This document shows, one piece after another, positions 61,191-64,000 of a DNA stretch of 64,000 nt (its first letter is position 1; the number at the start of each line of letters is the position of its first letter). A program made the translations under genes and the position numbers. This DNA is from Vicugna vicugna (taxonomy: Eukaryota). The notes below the pieces were generated by a model. That model ran no database searches, was not told the origin of the DNA, and was given only the letters and a program-made list of their open reading frames with translations. The stretch spans positions 806,001 through 870,000 of the forward strand of contig MU061804.1 of the NCBI GenBank assembly GCA_013265495.1. Direction: 5' to 3'.

Positions 61191-62927
61191 CACCTAAACT
61201 TCACTCCTGTCATTTATGTCAGCAGCCGGTGCTACTGCGGATTAACGTCAGGACCCGTCTTCCACTGACCCCGGCCTGGAGCATGGCGAACTCTGCCCGG
61301 GGTCTGCAAGTTTGCCTCTGTCTTCAAACCAGCGGTTCAGCCTGGCCGGACCCTGGAATCGCCCAGGGTCATTTCATAAAGGACACCGGCGTCCAGCCCC
61401 AGCCTCCGCGCCGAGGCAGAGGAAGCGGTACGCCGCGAAACGCGTCTGCAGGGGCACAGTCGTTCCCCTAGACTCTCCTCACGGGGGCCTTCCCTTTATT
61501 TACAAGGTGTCTGTCCGTGGGTAACTTCTCTCTTTTCTCCCATCAAGAACAAAAAGGCTTTGACAACCGGTCAGTTAACCCAGTAGCTCGGCTGATTACA
61601 TCTCAACCGAGAAACACCCGCTCCAGGCCGCACCTCCTGGGTCTCAGCCTCTCTTCTAACTGCGCACCGAGAGCCTGCTCTGTTCCTGGAAGGAGCCGAC
61701 CTGAGGGGGCAGGTGGGGAGGCACTTCCAGGCCCACGCAGTCTCGAGGGCGTCATCACTGAGCCCTCCTGGACGGCGGGGCCAGGAAGGGCTCCAGGACT
61801 CCCTGGAGGAGACAGAGGGCGGGTCCGCCCTGCGCTCCTCCACCCTGACGCCCTGGCTCTTGCCCGCGACTCCCAGGACAGACAGGCGTAGTGTCCCCAC
61901 CAGCAGTGAACAGAGTCAGTCACACGGCCTCCTTGCGGGGAAGGTGTCACCACAGTCCTTTCGTGCCACATGAATGTGCCACCTTTTACAAACACACAGA
62001 TGAAAAGGCAAAGCGACTGCTCAGGAGCTGACCCCTGGGCGAGCCGGCGGGAGGAAGGGGGCCGTGTCCACCTGGCCCGACCGCCGGGGTGTCACCGGGG
62101 CCTGGCTCCTGAGAACAGTCCAGGGCGGCGTGGGGGCCACGAGGGCTCCGACCACTGTGCACCCTCGCGAGGCGCCCCTCCCTGGAGGCGACATGTGACA
62201 GTGACTGTGATGCAGGGTCTCAGAGCCCCTCCTCCCAGGGGAGGCGGAGGCACCCTCGAGGGCCCCGGCCTGCCCGCCCCTTCCTGCGGCCAGAGCGGGG
62301 CCCCACAGCTCCGAGCCCCGGGTTCCTGCTCTGCAGTCAATCTCACAAGGTGAGTGTGAGGGTAAAGAATGGCCAGACAGAGCAGCAGCTGCCGGGCACC
62401 CAGCGGTCACTTCACGCTCCTGATGCGCCGCAGCCCTGCGATCATGGCCCTTCCCTTACAGGCGAGGAGCCTGAGGGCCGGGGAGTCCAGGGAGGCAGGC
62501 CTGTGAGTGGAGCCTGGCGCCCTGCACCACCGCCCAGCCGACCGGGCACGTCCCCTGGCGTGGGCCCACTCCCCAGCAGGACTCGGGATTCGGAGCCCCG
62601 CTGACCACCCGCAGGGAAGGTGCCCTGATCCCACGCGTCCCGAGGGCCGGGAACGGGGGGACCTGGTTCTCGTCCACCAGGTGGAGCAGACCCTGAAGAC
62701 TAAGGGCCTGGCAGGAGGAGGGGCCGTCTGTCTGCAAACCGAGAAGTCAGGATGTGGAGCGAAACTACACCCCCCCATCCCTGTCCCTGCGGTCAGGGCC
62801 CGGGGGCCTGGGAGAGGGAGTCCAGCATGCGGCCCCCACCGACGGACAGACAGACCCACAGCTCCAGGGAGAGCCCCTGTCCGGGTCGCCGGGTGGAACA
62901 GACTCCCCGAGAGCCTCACTCATTAAC

Positions 62928-62966
62928 ATTGGCGTTGCCATGACAACGAGCCGTTGCCAGGGAGCC
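62928..62966. promoter_or_regulatory. Candidate RFX X-box pair with adjacent inverted CCAAT at the edge of a CpG-dense stretch
   Basis: ATTGG at 62928-62932, GTTGCCATGACAAC at 62934-62947 and a second X-box-like GTTGCCAGGGAGCC at 62953-62966. Motif evidence only. Confidence 0.5.
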
Positions 62967-64000
62967 GCCAACTAGGAGAGTGAGAATCAGCGAGGCCTAA
63001 AAATAAAGCCGCTATGTCTCCAAGTCCGCGTGTAACAGGCCGCGAGCTCGCCGCCTCCCCCCCAGCGGCCCCCACCGCTGCTCCGGCCCCGAGCCGCTCA
63101 GACGGGCGGCAGAGGGTCGCAGGGAGGGGCCAGGCGGGACGCTGCTGTCCAGAGGCCAGGAGCAAGCCGCACCGGTGGGCCGCCTCGCAGAGCCTGAGGG
63201 CACCTCCTTCCCTCTGGGAGGTGCCCGGTCCAGCGCCAACCTCCACTGCACGTGGAAGCAGGGCCACCCTAAGCTGTCAGAATTTGCCAGAATTTGCCCA
63301 GCCCCTTGGCTCTGGGAGAACCCTCTCCCTCGGACAACTTTTCTCTTGGAAAACATCACCGAGGCCCAAGCCCCAGAGGCATCTGTGGGAGCAGGAGCCC
63401 CGATCGAGCAGCGTGTGTGGCTCATGGCTCCTTTCACGACTGATACTGGCAGGGCCGTCGTGGGCCTGGCTCCAAGAAGGAAGGTACCCTAACACTGAAA
63501 ATCGTGGGGAAATCGTAAACATCCCCAAGGGGCAGGCGAGGGTCTTCCCGGCTGGTTCTGGCACCGCAGGGGAACGCCTGGGTCCGCCCGTCTCCCCCGC
63601 CAGCCTCGACTCCCCACAAAGGCAGCGATCCCGCTAACTCACCCCATAACCTTAGCGTCCACACCACCCCAGACACACCGTCTGCACACGGCAGAGGGCA
63701 TGTCCTGGGCGAACGGAGAGACGTCAGCAGTAGCAGCCTCTGACCAGGACAAAACCTCGCTCTCTCCAGATTCTAAGCTCTGCACCCCGAGAGCCAAGCC
63801 CTATCCCTGCCCAGGCCTCTGTGCTCAAGAAGTGGTTTATCAGTTGTACCGGGGCATCATGCCTTGAGCAGATCAGATCAATTAAAACCCAGAACTTCGT
63901 GGGCAATAATTTCCCTGACGAGCAATCGTAACAGGGTTTTGTCGAATGTAGACCTGCCCGATTTCTTCCGAGTCTGACTTGTTTAATTCAGATAGTGTGT

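Noticed and set aside
1-64000. Known conserved miRNAs, snoRNAs, HAR1 or a recognisable gene
   Set aside because: I saw none while reading by eye. This was not exhaustive, and an Infernal/Rfam scan and blastx would be needed to exclude them.

Overview
This is GC-rich (roughly 60-65% by eye) mammalian genomic DNA, very probably from a camelid: two tRNA-derived SINEs match the Vic-1 family as I recall it. There is one 556-nt assembly gap (56393-56948). I recognise no protein-coding gene, RNA gene, CRISPR array or multi-gene system. The ORF track is explained by GC-rich, stop-poor sequence, simple repeats, LINE-1 remnants and the gap. The window looks intronic or intergenic. It holds ancient interspersed repeats (L1M pieces, two younger L1 3' ends, MLT1 LTRs, MER5, MIR), tandem repeats and candidate regulatory motifs. 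The most notable signals are: (1) ancient AT-rich repeats rewritten towards G/C with many CpGs, as expected from GC-biased gene conversion; (2) a ~415-bp almost CpG-free core inside an otherwise rewritten L1; (3) two CCAAT plus RFX X-box modules; (4) weak hints of a host transcript on the minus strand. Repeat family names come from recalled consensus sequences and need RepeatMasker/Dfam confirmation. Repeat boundaries are approximate. I found no convincing novel biological system.
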